Assembly (NCBI GenBank): GCA_038045465.1
Contig: JBBSYB010000014.1
Coordinates: 1 to 37,653, forward strand
DNA length: 37,653 nt
Source: Candidatus Aenigmatarchaeota archaeon
Lineage (GTDB): Archaea; Aenigmatarchaeota; Aenigmatarchaeia; GW2011-AR5
Reading direction: 5' to 3'
The notes under the pieces were generated by a model, which saw only the letters and a list, made by a program, of their open reading frames with translations, was not told the DNA's origin and did no database searches. Shown piece after piece: positions 23,487-32,626 of the stretch (positions within the stretch are counted from its first letter, which is position 1; each line of letters opens with the position of its first letter). The position numbers and the translations under genes are program-made.

Positions 23487-24362
23487 TTACTTGCCGAGGA
23501 GTGCATCAACCAGGTATGCATTACAGCCGTGGGATCTTTTGGCGGCTGGAACAAGGACATTCTCGGCATATACCCTGTCAAGTGCTCCCATGGCACTGGC
23601 AAAATCAATTAGAACGGGATGGGCAATGTCACAATTGAACTGGGTGCCGTAGTTAAAAGGCGAGTACGATTCCTTCAGAATATCTCGCTCTAGCATGGGC
23701 ATCAGCAAACCCCTGTAATTTGGAATGAATGGCTTGTCGGGATTCCACCTTATGAACTGCGCCATATCGCGTGTAGTGCCGTACTGGATGTAGTGTTGCA
23801 GCACCCTTTCGCTACCGGTTTTCGCTAGAGTTTCGTCATACATTCTCATACCATGATAATAATTTCTCGGCAGACCTCTTTTCAGTAATGCATCTGCAAC
23901 AATTTCTGGATCCAATCTTATAAGTGTCTCAACTGCGATTTCATTTACATTAACATTCTTCTCTGGCGCAATGCTAAAAGCAAGTGCGTATAATATGTCT
24001 CGCGCCTCTCTTGTGTTAAACCTTGCCAATGCGTCAACAGATGCTCTTGCAACTTCTCTCATTCCATACTTCACTGCTGCGTCTCGCACATTTTGTGCAC
24101 AGTGCGAGTCTGCAGGACCAAGACTTTGTATTTTCCCGACTAACTCTGCTTCCATTCTGTCACGCATTTCAGATTTTTCATTTTTCGAATCAAGCAGCAA
24201 CCTCAATTTATGTTTGTAGTATTCAGAACCGGTGAACTGAGGCTCTTCCATAACTAAATTCGGGCACGGTTTCTGTGCTTCTGACGTATCATACGGAAGA
24301 AGTGTAACACCTGTAAAAAGTAATGCTGATGCAAAAAGTCCAAGCCTGCGATGCTTTTTCAT
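23487..24362 (-). CDS. secreted protein of unknown function (291 aa), possibly alpha-helical repeat
   Basis: Sec-type signal peptide MKKHRRLGLFASALLFTGVTLL. The stop of the upstream gene lies 1 nt from its start. Confidence 0.55.
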   Translation of the reverse strand: MKKHRRLGLFASALLFTGVTLLPYDTSEAQKPCPNLVMEEPQFTGSEYYKHKLRLLLDSKNEKSEMRDRMEAELVGKIQSLGPADSHCAQNVRDAAVKYGMREVARASVDALARFNTREARDILYALAFSIAPEKNVNVNEIAVETLIRLDPEIVADALLKRGLPRNYYHGMRMYDETLAKTGSERVLQHYIQYGTTRDMAQFIRWNPDKPFIPNYRGLLMPMLERDILKESYSPFNYGTQFNCDIAHPVLIDFASAMGALDRVYAENVLVPAAKRSHGCNAYLVDALLGK

Positions 24363-24363
24363 A

Positions 24364-25347
24364 TCACTTCTTCCTGTTTACCAGATAATCGGCGAAAAAA
24401 TTCAGGGTTTCCTGGAGCTCGGGCGGCATCTTTTTTATTGATACATAGGCTTTTTTCTTTAGTTCTTCTGCTCTCTTTTTCGCATAGTCAAGAGAATTAT
24501 ATTTGTTAAGCATGGAGATTGCTCGGCGGACGTCATCATCGCTGGTAGCTTCAGGAGTTTTTTCGAGTATTTCTAGAAGCAATTTTTTTTCCTTGGCATT
24601 GCATTTGCCTAAGCAGTGAATTATCAATATGCTTTTCTTACCTTCTTTTATGTCACGGCCTGTTTCTCCGCGGCCCTTGCCTTCGGTCAAATCGAGGATG
24701 TCATCTGCTATCTGGAATGCAGGTCCAATGAAGCTGCCAAACTCAATGAGTTTTGGTATTATTTCCTCGCGGCCGGCAACTAGAGCTGCGCCTACCATGG
24801 GCACTGTAAGGTAATGGCCTGTTTTTGCCATGACCATGGCTAGGTAATCGCTCTCCTTTGGAGAACCAGAGCGCATGTTAATGTCCATGGTCTGGCCTTC
24901 AGATGTCTTGACAGATGTGGTAACCATGGCATCCACGAGCTTCAGCACAGTTTTGTCATCGACCCCGCAATTTCTGGAATTAATTATAAGTTCGAATACT
25001 TTCTGGGCCATGTAGTCGCCGACGTTTATGCCATGAGCAAGGCCATACTTTACCCAGACAGTTGGCTTATCCCTACGCATACGGTCGCCGTCCATTATGT
25101 CATCATGGACAAGAAACCAGTTGTGGAGCAGTTCGCAGGCAGCTGCAAAGGGCAATATTTTATTGTCACTGCCGCCCAGAGCCTCGTAGGTCACTATTGA
25201 TAGCAAGGGCCTTAGTCGCTTGCCGCCGGTTCCCAAATGGTACTTTATAGCGTCATGCAGGTTTGGCATGTTTCCACTAAATACAGATGCGAGTTCCTTG
25301 TCTATGAGAGGAGCCTTTTCTTTTGACAGTTTTTCCAGGTCTATCAT
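24364..25347 (-). CDS. polyprenyl (geranylgeranyl) diphosphate synthase
   Basis: FARM LVHDDIMDGDRMRR and SARM FQIADDILD. The ORF-track N-terminus (to 25389) merely translates a hairpin repeat; the Met at 25347 has GGAG 5 nt upstream. Confidence 0.8.
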   Translation of the reverse strand: MIDLEKLSKEKAPLIDKELASVFSGNMPNLHDAIKYHLGTGGKRLRPLLSIVTYEALGGSDNKILPFAAACELLHNWFLVHDDIMDGDRMRRDKPTVWVKYGLAHGINVGDYMAQKVFELIINSRNCGVDDKTVLKLVDAMVTTSVKTSEGQTMDINMRSGSPKESDYLAMVMAKTGHYLTVPMVGAALVAGREEIIPKLIEFGSFIGPAFQIADDILDLTEGKGRGETGRDIKEGKKSILIIHCLGKCNAKEKKLLLEILEKTPEATSDDDVRRAISMLNKYNSLDYAKKRAEELKKKAYVSIKKMPPELQETLNFFADYLVNRKK

Positions 25348-25352
25348 AAAAC

Positions 25353-25396
25353 TCCTTTTCTTTGGGAAAGAAAAGTAGCTTCCAGTCAAAAGAAAT
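25353..25396. repeat. bipartite hairpin element, copy E
   Basis: ccttttctttgggaaagaaaag (25354-25375) is identical over 22 nt to 33436-33457. It is followed by gtagc...gctac and aaaagaaat. Confidence 0.65.
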
Positions 25397-25446
25397 TGCT
25401 ACACTTTCCTATAAGACTTTTGCAAGAAAAGCTTAAGAAGAAATTA

Positions 25447-26175
25447 TTATCGCGCGCTCAGATAGTCGCGTATTTTGTTTCTGATGCGCTGATGACCTTC
25501 CTCAAGCAGCAGCGTGTCTGGACTTGATGCAGAAAACGCTTCGTATTCCATTTCAAACGCGTCAAGCGGCCCGTATTTGAATGGTGTCCAGCCATGCTGC
25601 CATTTGTAAACACCGAGAATTTTTCCTGGCTTTGTGCCAAAGGGTTTTCTGAGTTCACATGAAAAAATAACTATGGCCTCGTCAGTGCCGTCTCGATCAA
25701 GGTCTTTGTAGTAGAAATCATCAACCTGATTCCAGTCGGACGGGGCTCCGTGAAGCGAAGAGGCGTCCTGTGATTTATACTCACCACCACCCCAGAAATA
25801 ATATCTGCGCCGGCCATTTTTGAATAGTACTTCAACTTCTTTTTTTCCGTCGTGCCCCATGTCGGTCAGGTTTATTTCTTCTACAACAGATGGTATACGT
25901 GGCTGACTCATCAGTCCTGATATCAGCCGGTCGCCCTGTTTTTTCAGTATAAAAAATGTCGGGGTTGGCGGGCCTTGATAATAAACAAAAATGCAGTTTT
26001 CACCGCCTTTCAAATCCACCGATTTCCATGCTGTTATTTCGCTGCTGCGCCAGCGAGTAGCCTGATTTATTTCTGCTTCTGTTACCTTGTAATCCTGAGC
26101 TGCTACAGTTACGGGTTCCGTAGAAGTGCAGTACAGAGCAAGCGCGGCAGCCGCCAACAATCTTGGAAACCTCAT
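25447..26175 (-). CDS. secreted protein of unknown function (242 aa) with FG-GAP/VCBS-like Asp-rich loops
   Basis: Signal peptide MRFPRLLAAAALALYC...AAQD. Motifs DMGHDGKKE and DLDRDGTDE. Confidence 0.5.
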   Translation of the reverse strand: MRFPRLLAAAALALYCTSTEPVTVAAQDYKVTEAEINQATRWRSSEITAWKSVDLKGGENCIFVYYQGPPTPTFFILKKQGDRLISGLMSQPRIPSVVEEINLTDMGHDGKKEVEVLFKNGRRRYYFWGGGEYKSQDASSLHGAPSDWNQVDDFYYKDLDRDGTDEAIVIFSCELRKPFGTKPGKILGVYKWQHGWTPFKYGPLDAFEMEYEAFSASSPDTLLLEEGHQRIRNKIRDYLSAR

Positions 26176-27380
26176 TTGCGTTCCTCCAGTATAACCATCG
26201 TCGATCCGAACGGTAAATGAGCAACCTGCCTTCTACCCCCGAAGGACAACCACTCATTGAAATCAATGTAAAAGGCTTCCATGTAGTGCTCTTCCATGGC
26301 TTTGCTCTGTCCTGAATAATACGTCGCGAAGGAAAGTTCCCTGCCTGGCGAAGACACCCTCATACCCATCCTCTCGAAATTTACCTGCTTGCCCTGGCGT
26401 TCTGTGATGAAAGAATTTTTTCTAAATTTCAGAGTGCCGCTGAAGTCCTCACCTACACGATTCACAAGGTTCCAGAATTCAATTTTATCTATACTTACGC
26501 TGTCACACATTCTGGCTGCACGATTCCGTTTGAAATCGCCTGCGCCGTTTTCAGCATCCAGATATCTCATCAGAGCTTTAGGGCTGTGGGCTGTATACAA
26601 GGTTGTTCTGCCGTTATTGTCCAAAACCACATTTCCGTTTTTGTCTAACAGTACCGCAGTGTTCCATCCTATACTGTCTGTAGCTATCCTATATTTTGTA
26701 GATTCATTTGGTGAATATTCACTGATTCGACCTTGGGGAGGTGAAGCATAATCTATCTGGATAACACCTTCGTCGTAGTATTCCAAATTGTATCTTGGCC
26801 AGAATCTCCCTTTGAAATAGTCCCTTCCGGTGTTGATTGCAATATCCATATCAGCGCTGATGGAACTCGGAAGATTGCACAGGTCCTGTTTTAATTGTGT
26901 GACAGCACGTTTTTTTGCTACACGAGGCAACTGGTTTCTGGCACTTTGAGCGTTGTAGTCTATTCCCCACCTCACTTCGTTTATTATGACTTTGACCTGC
27001 TCCTCGTAAGAACCTTCAAGCGGCGGTCTTTCTCTTCCAGCTTTGTCATAGAATTCTTTGTTTATGGGTATTGTTAACCCATAGGATGCCGCACAGGGTC
27101 CGTATCGACCACGAATGTTCATATATTGTGAAAACTTTTCATCGTCAGAAATATTGTAATTATAGATGACACCTTGGAATTCAGTGCGAGCCTTCCGGGA
27201 TGTGTTGATAAAATCTATGTTGTCCGGATATTTAGAAAGCGCAGCTTTTACACACGGCACGCTTTCCTTGGCAACTATGCTCTGCTCATAAGCAGAAGTG
27301 CTTCCCTGCATTTCTCGCATGGCTGCTGACGGGCTTGAGAGATAGAGAAGTGTTGCCAGTCCCGCTACTAGCTTTTTCAT
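26172..27380 (-). CDS. secreted protein of unknown function (about 402 aa)
   Basis: Signal peptide MKKLVAGLATLLYLSSPSAA from the Met at 27380. 4-nt overlap with the downstream gene. Confidence 0.55.
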   Translation of the reverse strand: MKKLVAGLATLLYLSSPSAAMREMQGSTSAYEQSIVAKESVPCVKAALSKYPDNIDFINTSRKARTEFQGVIYNYNISDDEKFSQYMNIRGRYGPCAASYGLTIPINKEFYDKAGRERPPLEGSYEEQVKVIINEVRWGIDYNAQSARNQLPRVAKKRAVTQLKQDLCNLPSSISADMDIAINTGRDYFKGRFWPRYNLEYYDEGVIQIDYASPPQGRISEYSPNESTKYRIATDSIGWNTAVLLDKNGNVVLDNNGRTTLYTAHSPKALMRYLDAENGAGDFKRNRAARMCDSVSIDKIEFWNLVNRVGEDFSGTLKFRKNSFITERQGKQVNFERMGMRVSSPGRELSFATYYSGQSKAMEEHYMEAFYIDFNEWLSFGGRRQVAHLPFGSTMVILEERK

Positions 27381-27513
27381 ATAATAAACTGTCGTAATTA
27401 AGCTTAAATTCAAAACTTTCGATAGTGTGACTTAATATGCGGTCACTGCACCGCTTTCTATATATACGGAATCTGTCATATAATATGAACAGGGAACATG
27501 GAGGTATTTAGCT

Positions 27514-27786
27514 ATGTCTGCACCTTACAAAAGAGGTTACACTCACACAAGATCCAAAGGAAAGGAATCGATGGTTGTATGTACTTATTGCGGAAGAAGA
27601 GTGCCACGCTGGAAGACTTTTGTTCAGTACCGGGGTTTCAGAATAAGCGATCCGGGCCTGCGAAAGCAGATAGATCCCAGATTTGTAAGCGGCTTCCAGT
27701 CCAAGATGTATGTATGCCCTTCCTGTGCACGATATCGCGGCATTGTGCAAGTTGGACGCTCACGGAAGAGCAGAAGAGGTCCGTAA
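27514..27786 (+). CDS. rps26e: ribosomal protein S26e
   Basis: Basic N-terminus, ...VVCTYCGRRVPRWK...KMYVCPSCARYRGIVQVGRSRKSRR matches the eS26 zinc-ribbon pattern. GGAGGT lies 8 nt upstream. Confidence 0.65.
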   Translation: MSAPYKRGYTHTRSKGKESMVVCTYCGRRVPRWKTFVQYRGFRISDPGLRKQIDPRFVSGFQSKMYVCPSCARYRGIVQVGRSRKSRRGP

Positions 27787-27806
27787 AATGACTATGGTGA
27801 CTGTGG

Positions 27807-30800
27807 ATGGTAGATAATGTAAAAACGAAAAAGGGAACCAAACTTAGGGGAGCCCTTTACAGAAAATTGCATAGCAAAAAAACTGTTATAAACGGAACCC
27901 GTGCAGGCCAGATGCTATTATGCATGCGAAAAACCGAGGAACCTAAGTTCAGGTTTGAGCCGATGAAATCCCTTATCACATTACCGCGGCCTTCTGACAT
28001 AAAAATAAGCGGTATTGTTTATCCTCTGATAAAACCCTATTCTTATGCCAATATACATTACGACGCCAAGGAAGGTGCTGTAGTATACGATATTATCGAG
28101 CCAAAGCTCAACGAAAAGGAAATATTCATACTCAAAAAGGTTTATGATGGCTTGGTGCAGATAATAGATATTACCCTATCGGACATAAAGGAAAAGGAAA
28201 AGATGATTGTATTCCTTGAAAAGAGCGTTACCCGTCTTCTGGATGAATATGAGATTAAGGTAAGCGAAAAGGAATACGTAAAGATAATGTATTATATTTT
28301 TCGCGACCTGGTTGGCCTCAACCGTATAGAGTCGCTTCTCAATGACCCATACATCGAAGACATAGGATGTGATGGAACAGGAATAGCAATCTATGTTGTG
28401 CACCAGAAGTTTGGTTCTGTGAAGACAAACATTGTTTACCATGAAATCAAAGAGCTGCGCGAATTTGTCACGAAACTCGCGGAAAGATGCGATAGATACA
28501 TCAGCTATGCGGATCCACTACTGGATGGTTCGCTACCGGACGGAACTCGAGTACAGGCATCGCTGGCCAGCGACGTAACTACGCGCGGGCCTACATTCTC
28601 AATAAGAAAGTTCCGCGAAGAGCCAATTTCTCCAGTGGACATGATACGGCTCAATACAGTCTCGGCTGAAATGCTCGCTTATCTATGGTTCTTGATAGAG
28701 AACGACATCAACATACTGATAGCAGGAGGCGTAGCAACTGGCAAAACCAGCCTATTGAACAGCATATCATTTTTCATTCCACCCGAGGCAAAGATAGTCT
28801 CAATTGAGGACAGTGTTACCGGCGACGCGGAAATGCTGATTAAAAGAAACGGAATTGCCGAACTTGTAAAGATAGGCGACCTTGTGGACGAGATGATAAA
28901 CAAGTATGGAAGAGACAAAGAGCACGGCGAAAACAAAGAAGGTATAGAAGTCCTTACCATGGATAAAAACTGCAAAATAGAATTCCAGAAACCCTCTGCA
29001 TTCATACGCCACCTGGTAAACAAAGATATTTATGAAGTTACAACAGCCACAGGCAAAAAAGTAAAGGTCACAAAAGACCATTCTTTATTCGGTCTGGATG
29101 ATTATGGAAACGTGATAGAGGCAAAACCCGAAGACCTGGAAAAAATCAAATTCATCGCAACACCACGCTGCATACCTTACGAAGGGAGTGAAATAACAGA
29201 AATAAATCTGATTGAGCATCTCGACAAACTTAGTGGAGAGTTTCTTACAGGTGCACCTATTTCACGAATTTTTGAAATCCCTTACGACGAATTCAAAAAG
29301 ATAGGCGTTGACAAAGGCAAATACGCATGGTGGAAAAGAAAATCAATGGTATCAACGGACGTTTTTGCGCAATTATCCAACAAAACCACATTTACTAGGG
29401 ACGAAATTGAGCAGATAAGAATAATTGGAAAAAGATCATGCGTTTCTATGCCTGTAATTTTCCCAATAAACGACAACTTTCTCAACTTCTTGGGCTTATG
29501 GGTTGGCGACGGTTGTTATGACAGCAGAAATAAAAACAGGGTAATCATTTCGAACATTGACAAGGAATGCATAGAAGCAGTTAGAAGGCTCGCAGCTTCT
29601 CTAAATATAAACGTAAGCCTGATGTCTGATAACGTTTCAATGAGCCTCAATTCCACCTTGCTGTACAAAGTCATGAAAAACGTCCTCGGCTTTGACGGAC
29701 ATGCGGATACAAAGCGCATACCCACCTTTATACAAAACACATCTAACGGGCAGATATCTGAGTTCTTGAAAGGCTACTTCTCTGCTGACGGAACCGTTAA
29801 AAATTACGAAGCTTCATGTTCGTCACAGAGCCTCGGGTTGCTCAATGATATCCAGACGCTTTTGCTGAGATTTGGCATTATATCAAGAATTTCTCACTAT
29901 ACAAGAAAGGACAAATGCAGAGATCTTTCTATATCATCCAGCGAAAATATATCAAAGTTCAGGCGTATAGGATTCCTTCAGGAAAGGAAGTCCTCAAAAA
30001 TAGAAATACTGGCTAGTAGGCATTCGCACCATACTAAAACAGATATAATTCCGCTCGGCGGAGAACTTGCGGCAGAGATAAATCAGTACCAAAAATTATC
30101 TTTCCCTTACATGAATGGAATGCAGAACATTGGAAGACAATACCTGCAAACTATTGTACGCGACTGCGAGTCCCAGATGCTTCATCAGCTCGCAGAGTCA
30201 GATATATTCTGGGACAAAGTAAGAGATGTAAGAATAATGCCAAGTGAGGAAATTTATGTTTATGATCTTAGCGTTCCGGAGAATGAAAGCTTCGTGTGCT
30301 CGAATATAATCCTCCACAATACACGCGAACTAAACCTGCCGCACGAAAACTGGATACCTGGCGTTGCGCGAACAGGCTTTACTGGCACAGGCGTCGGCGA
30401 GGTCACGATGTTCGAGCTACTGAGAGAGTCATTTAGACAAAACCCGGACTACCTGATAGTCGGAGAAATAAGAGGCAAGGAAGCCTATGTCATGTTCCAA
30501 GGTATGGCGTCTGGTCATCCGTCTATCTCAACTATCCACGCTGGCGGCGTCGAAGATCTCATGAAAAGACTGCAAACAAAACCCATAAGTCTTTCTGTCG
30601 GCCTGATAGAAAGCTTGGACATGGTAATAGTTATGATACACGCGCGCGAGAAAGGAAAGTCAGCGCGACGCGTGAAGGAAATTGTCGAGATAGAAAGCAT
30701 AGACATCAATACAGGCGCCCCGCACAGCGTAAAGTCATTTGTGTGGATACCAGCTGAGGATATCTATGAGTACAGGTCAAATTCGTGGCTGCTTAACAAG

Positions 30801-30995
30801 GTCTCTACGGAGAAAGGAATACCTATGAGCGTCATAGTCAGCGAGATAGCGAAAAGGAAAAAAGTTTTGATATGGATGCTTGAAAACAACATAACGAACA
30901 TGAAAGATATTGCAAAGTACGTAAGCCTTTGTCATCAAAGCCCTGAAAAGATGGCAAGGATTTTGGCAGGCGAAAAAATGCTGGGCGACGAATAA
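27807..30995 (+). CDS. FlaI/VirB11-family (T2SSE) secretion ATPase, intein-containing precursor
   Basis: Walker A IAGGVATGKTS, Walker B/Asp box IVSIED...TRELN (split by the intein), His box GHPSISTIHAG. N-terminal YPLIKPYSYANIHYD...YDIIEPKL is typical of FlaI. The extein sum is 559 aa. Confidence 0.8.
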   Translation: MVDNVKTKKGTKLRGALYRKLHSKKTVINGTRAGQMLLCMRKTEEPKFRFEPMKSLITLPRPSDIKISGIVYPLIKPYSYANIHYDAKEGAVVYDIIEPKLNEKEIFILKKVYDGLVQIIDITLSDIKEKEKMIVFLEKSVTRLLDEYEIKVSEKEYVKIMYYIFRDLVGLNRIESLLNDPYIEDIGCDGTGIAIYVVHQKFGSVKTNIVYHEIKELREFVTKLAERCDRYISYADPLLDGSLPDGTRVQASLASDVTTRGPTFSIRKFREEPISPVDMIRLNTVSAEMLAYLWFLIENDINILIAGGVATGKTSLLNSISFFIPPEAKIVSIEDSVTGDAEMLIKRNGIAELVKIGDLVDEMINKYGRDKEHGENKEGIEVLTMDKNCKIEFQKPSAFIRHLVNKDIYEVTTATGKKVKVTKDHSLFGLDDYGNVIEAKPEDLEKIKFIATPRCIPYEGSEITEINLIEHLDKLSGEFLTGAPISRIFEIPYDEFKKIGVDKGKYAWWKRKSMVSTDVFAQLSNKTTFTRDEIEQIRIIGKRSCVSMPVIFPINDNFLNFLGLWVGDGCYDSRNKNRVIISNIDKECIEAVRRLAASLNINVSLMSDNVSMSLNSTLLYKVMKNVLGFDGHADTKRIPTFIQNTSNGQISEFLKGYFSADGTVKNYEASCSSQSLGLLNDIQTLLLRFGIISRISHYTRKDKCRDLSISSSENISKFRRIGFLQERKSSKIEILASRHSHHTKTDIIPLGGELAAEINQYQKLSFPYMNGMQNIGRQYLQTIVRDCESQMLHQLAESDIFWDKVRDVRIMPSEEIYVYDLSVPENESFVCSNIILHNTRELNLPHENWIPGVARTGFTGTGVGEVTMFELLRESFRQNPDYLIVGEIRGKEAYVMFQGMASGHPSISTIHAGGVEDLMKRLQTKPISLSVGLIESLDMVIVMIHAREKGKSARRVKEIVEIESIDINTGAPHSVKSFVWIPAEDIYEYRSNSWLLNKVSTEKGIPMSVIVSEIAKRKKVLIWMLENNITNMKDIAKYVSLCHQSPEKMARILAGEKMLGDE
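28812..30320 (+). mobile_element. intein (503 aa) with LAGLIDADG homing-endonuclease domain
   Basis: Ser1 (SVTGDAEM), block B TKDHSLF, LAGLIDADG motifs LGLWVGDGCYD and LKGYFSADGTV, block F VYDLSVPENESF, block G ILHN followed by Thr+1. Confidence 0.8.
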
Positions 30996-31049
30996 GCCCT
31001 TTTGGAAAAAGCGCTTGCGGAAAAATAACAAGAAGCCCTTTTGGAAAAA
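30996..31049. repeat. bipartite hairpin element, copy A, with 17-nt direct duplication
   Basis: aagcccttttggaaaaa occurs at 30994-31010 and 31033-31049. aaagcgcttgcggaaaa (31008-31024) is identical to 33454-33470. Confidence 0.6.
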
Positions 31050-31070
31050 TAATGAAATAAGTGTATTATT

Positions 31071-31742
31071 ATGAATAAAATTCCTTCTGGTGTGAGCGGT
31101 CTTGACGAGATTCTTGGCGGCGGCATCCCGGAACGCTATACTATCCTTCTCACAGGAACCTGCGGTTCCGGCAAGACCGTAATGGGGCTTCAATATCTCC
31201 TTTCTTCAAATGACCCGGGCATCTATGTCAGCTTCGAAGAGGAAGAGGATAGCATAAGAGAAACAGCGAAAACATTTGGCTTTGACATAGCAAGGCGCGA
31301 GGCCGCTAAAAAATTCGTCATACTGAAATACGATCCCTTCCGCCTTGAGGACATACTAGAGGTAATAGAAAATAACATACGCGAGATAGGCGCGAAGCGT
31401 GTCGTGTTCGATTCCGTAGCAGCTTTGGGAATATATCTAAAGGACTCTTCTGAACTGAGGAGAATGATACTTCAGATAGACCGGATTATGAAAAAGAACA
31501 AGTGCACCACAGTGATAATTTCAGAGATAGTTCCCGGAAGCTCGTCGTTGTCAAGATTTGGGGTCGAGGAGTTCGTTTCCGACGGTGTTATCGTTCTTGA
31601 TAATATAAATGTCAGGGGCGAGTACAAGCGAGCCGTTACGGTATGGAAACTGCGTGGAGTCGATCATTCTAGACGCGTACATCCATATAATATTACAAGT
31701 CGCGGCATTGTTATAAACCCAAAAACCGTTTTCGTGAAGTGA
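31071..31742 (+). CDS. single-domain KaiC/RecA-superfamily ATPase (FlaH-like)
   Basis: IPSGVSGLDEILGGGIP, Walker A LTGTCGSGKT, Walker B RVVFDSV. At 223 aa it is similar in size to FlaH. Confidence 0.65.
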   Translation: MNKIPSGVSGLDEILGGGIPERYTILLTGTCGSGKTVMGLQYLLSSNDPGIYVSFEEEEDSIRETAKTFGFDIARREAAKKFVILKYDPFRLEDILEVIENNIREIGAKRVVFDSVAALGIYLKDSSELRRMILQIDRIMKKNKCTTVIISEIVPGSSSLSRFGVEEFVSDGVIVLDNINVRGEYKRAVTVWKLRGVDHSRRVHPYNITSRGIVINPKTVFVK

Positions 31743-31755
31743 TCGTGGTGGCTGT

Positions 31756-32622
31756 ATGTACAAGACCATAATAAAACATCTAGGAAGCTTTGGTTCACAC
31801 CACTTTGCAAGCTACCTTAAGCCGCTGCGTGAAGAAGTGATAAAATCAAACCTCAACATACTCTTTGAACTCTATGTTGGCAGGATGATATTCCTGTCAA
31901 TTATGGCATTTTTGCTTTCATCCACGTTCATATTTGTCGTGTTTTCAATCATAAGAGCCGACTTTTTGCTCTCTTTAATAGGCTCGCTTGTAACAGGTAT
32001 TGCAATAGGTTTTACTGTTCTCACGCTGTATCACTCCTATCCATTTCATATTCTCACGAACAAGAAAAACAGCATAGAAGGCAACATGCCCTTTGCCATA
32101 AACCACATGGCAGCCATATCAGCCAGTGGTGTTCCGCCTTTTGTCATGTTCAAGCTGCTGACAAACATACCTGAGTATGGTGAGGTATCCAATGAAGCAA
32201 AGCGTATAGTCAGGAATGTTGACGTGTTCGGCATGGACGTTGTTTCTGCGATGCGCAATGTATCTGAGAGAACGCCTTCTGTGGAATTCAAACACTTTGT
32301 GTACGGAATAATCTCGACGATAGAAACCGGCGGTGATCTTAAGCGATACCTTGAGAATGCAGCAAAGGACGCACTTTTTGATTACAGGTTAAAAAGAGAA
32401 AAATATGTACAGACTCTTGCCACTTATGCAGACTTCTATACGGCTGTCCTTATTGCCGCCCCGCTTTTCTTCGTTTCTGTGCTGTCGGTCATGTCCATGG
32501 TAGGCGGCACGATAATGGGACTAAGCATACCCAATGCCATGAGAATAGGTGTCTATGCCATGATGCCGCTGATGAATATAATGTTTATAATGTTTATACA
32601 CTATACGCAACCTTCGGTGTAA
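31756..32622 (+). CDS. type II secretion F-domain membrane protein (FlaJ/TadB-like, N-terminal half equivalent)
   Basis: 288-aa polytopic ORF with a cytoplasmic helical domain between TM blocks, directly after the ATPases. Confidence 0.55.
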   Translation: MYKTIIKHLGSFGSHHFASYLKPLREEVIKSNLNILFELYVGRMIFLSIMAFLLSSTFIFVVFSIIRADFLLSLIGSLVTGIAIGFTVLTLYHSYPFHILTNKKNSIEGNMPFAINHMAAISASGVPPFVMFKLLTNIPEYGEVSNEAKRIVRNVDVFGMDVVSAMRNVSERTPSVEFKHFVYGIISTIETGGDLKRYLENAAKDALFDYRLKREKYVQTLATYADFYTAVLIAAPLFFVSVLSVMSMVGGTIMGLSIPNAMRIGVYAMMPLMNIMFIMFIHYTQPSV

Positions 32623-32626
32623 ATCC

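Noticed and set aside
24364-25389. The longer ORF-track version of GGPP synthase, starting MTGSYFSFPKKRSF.
   Set aside because: The extra 14 codons are simply the translation of hairpin-element copy E. The Met at 25347 has a GGAG 5 nt upstream and matches the usual N-terminus of polyprenyl synthases.
27498-27791. 97-aa ORF overlapping the S26e gene in another frame.
   Set aside because: The 27514..27786 frame gives the eS26 zinc-ribbon pattern and has a GGAGGT RBS. The alternative frame has no recognisable features.
30777-31193. 138-aa minus-strand ORF spanning the flaI-flaH intergenic region.
   Set aside because: It is antisense to the ends of two well-supported genes and to repeat copy A. 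The low-complexity F/K/R-rich product derives from the purine/pyrimidine repeats.
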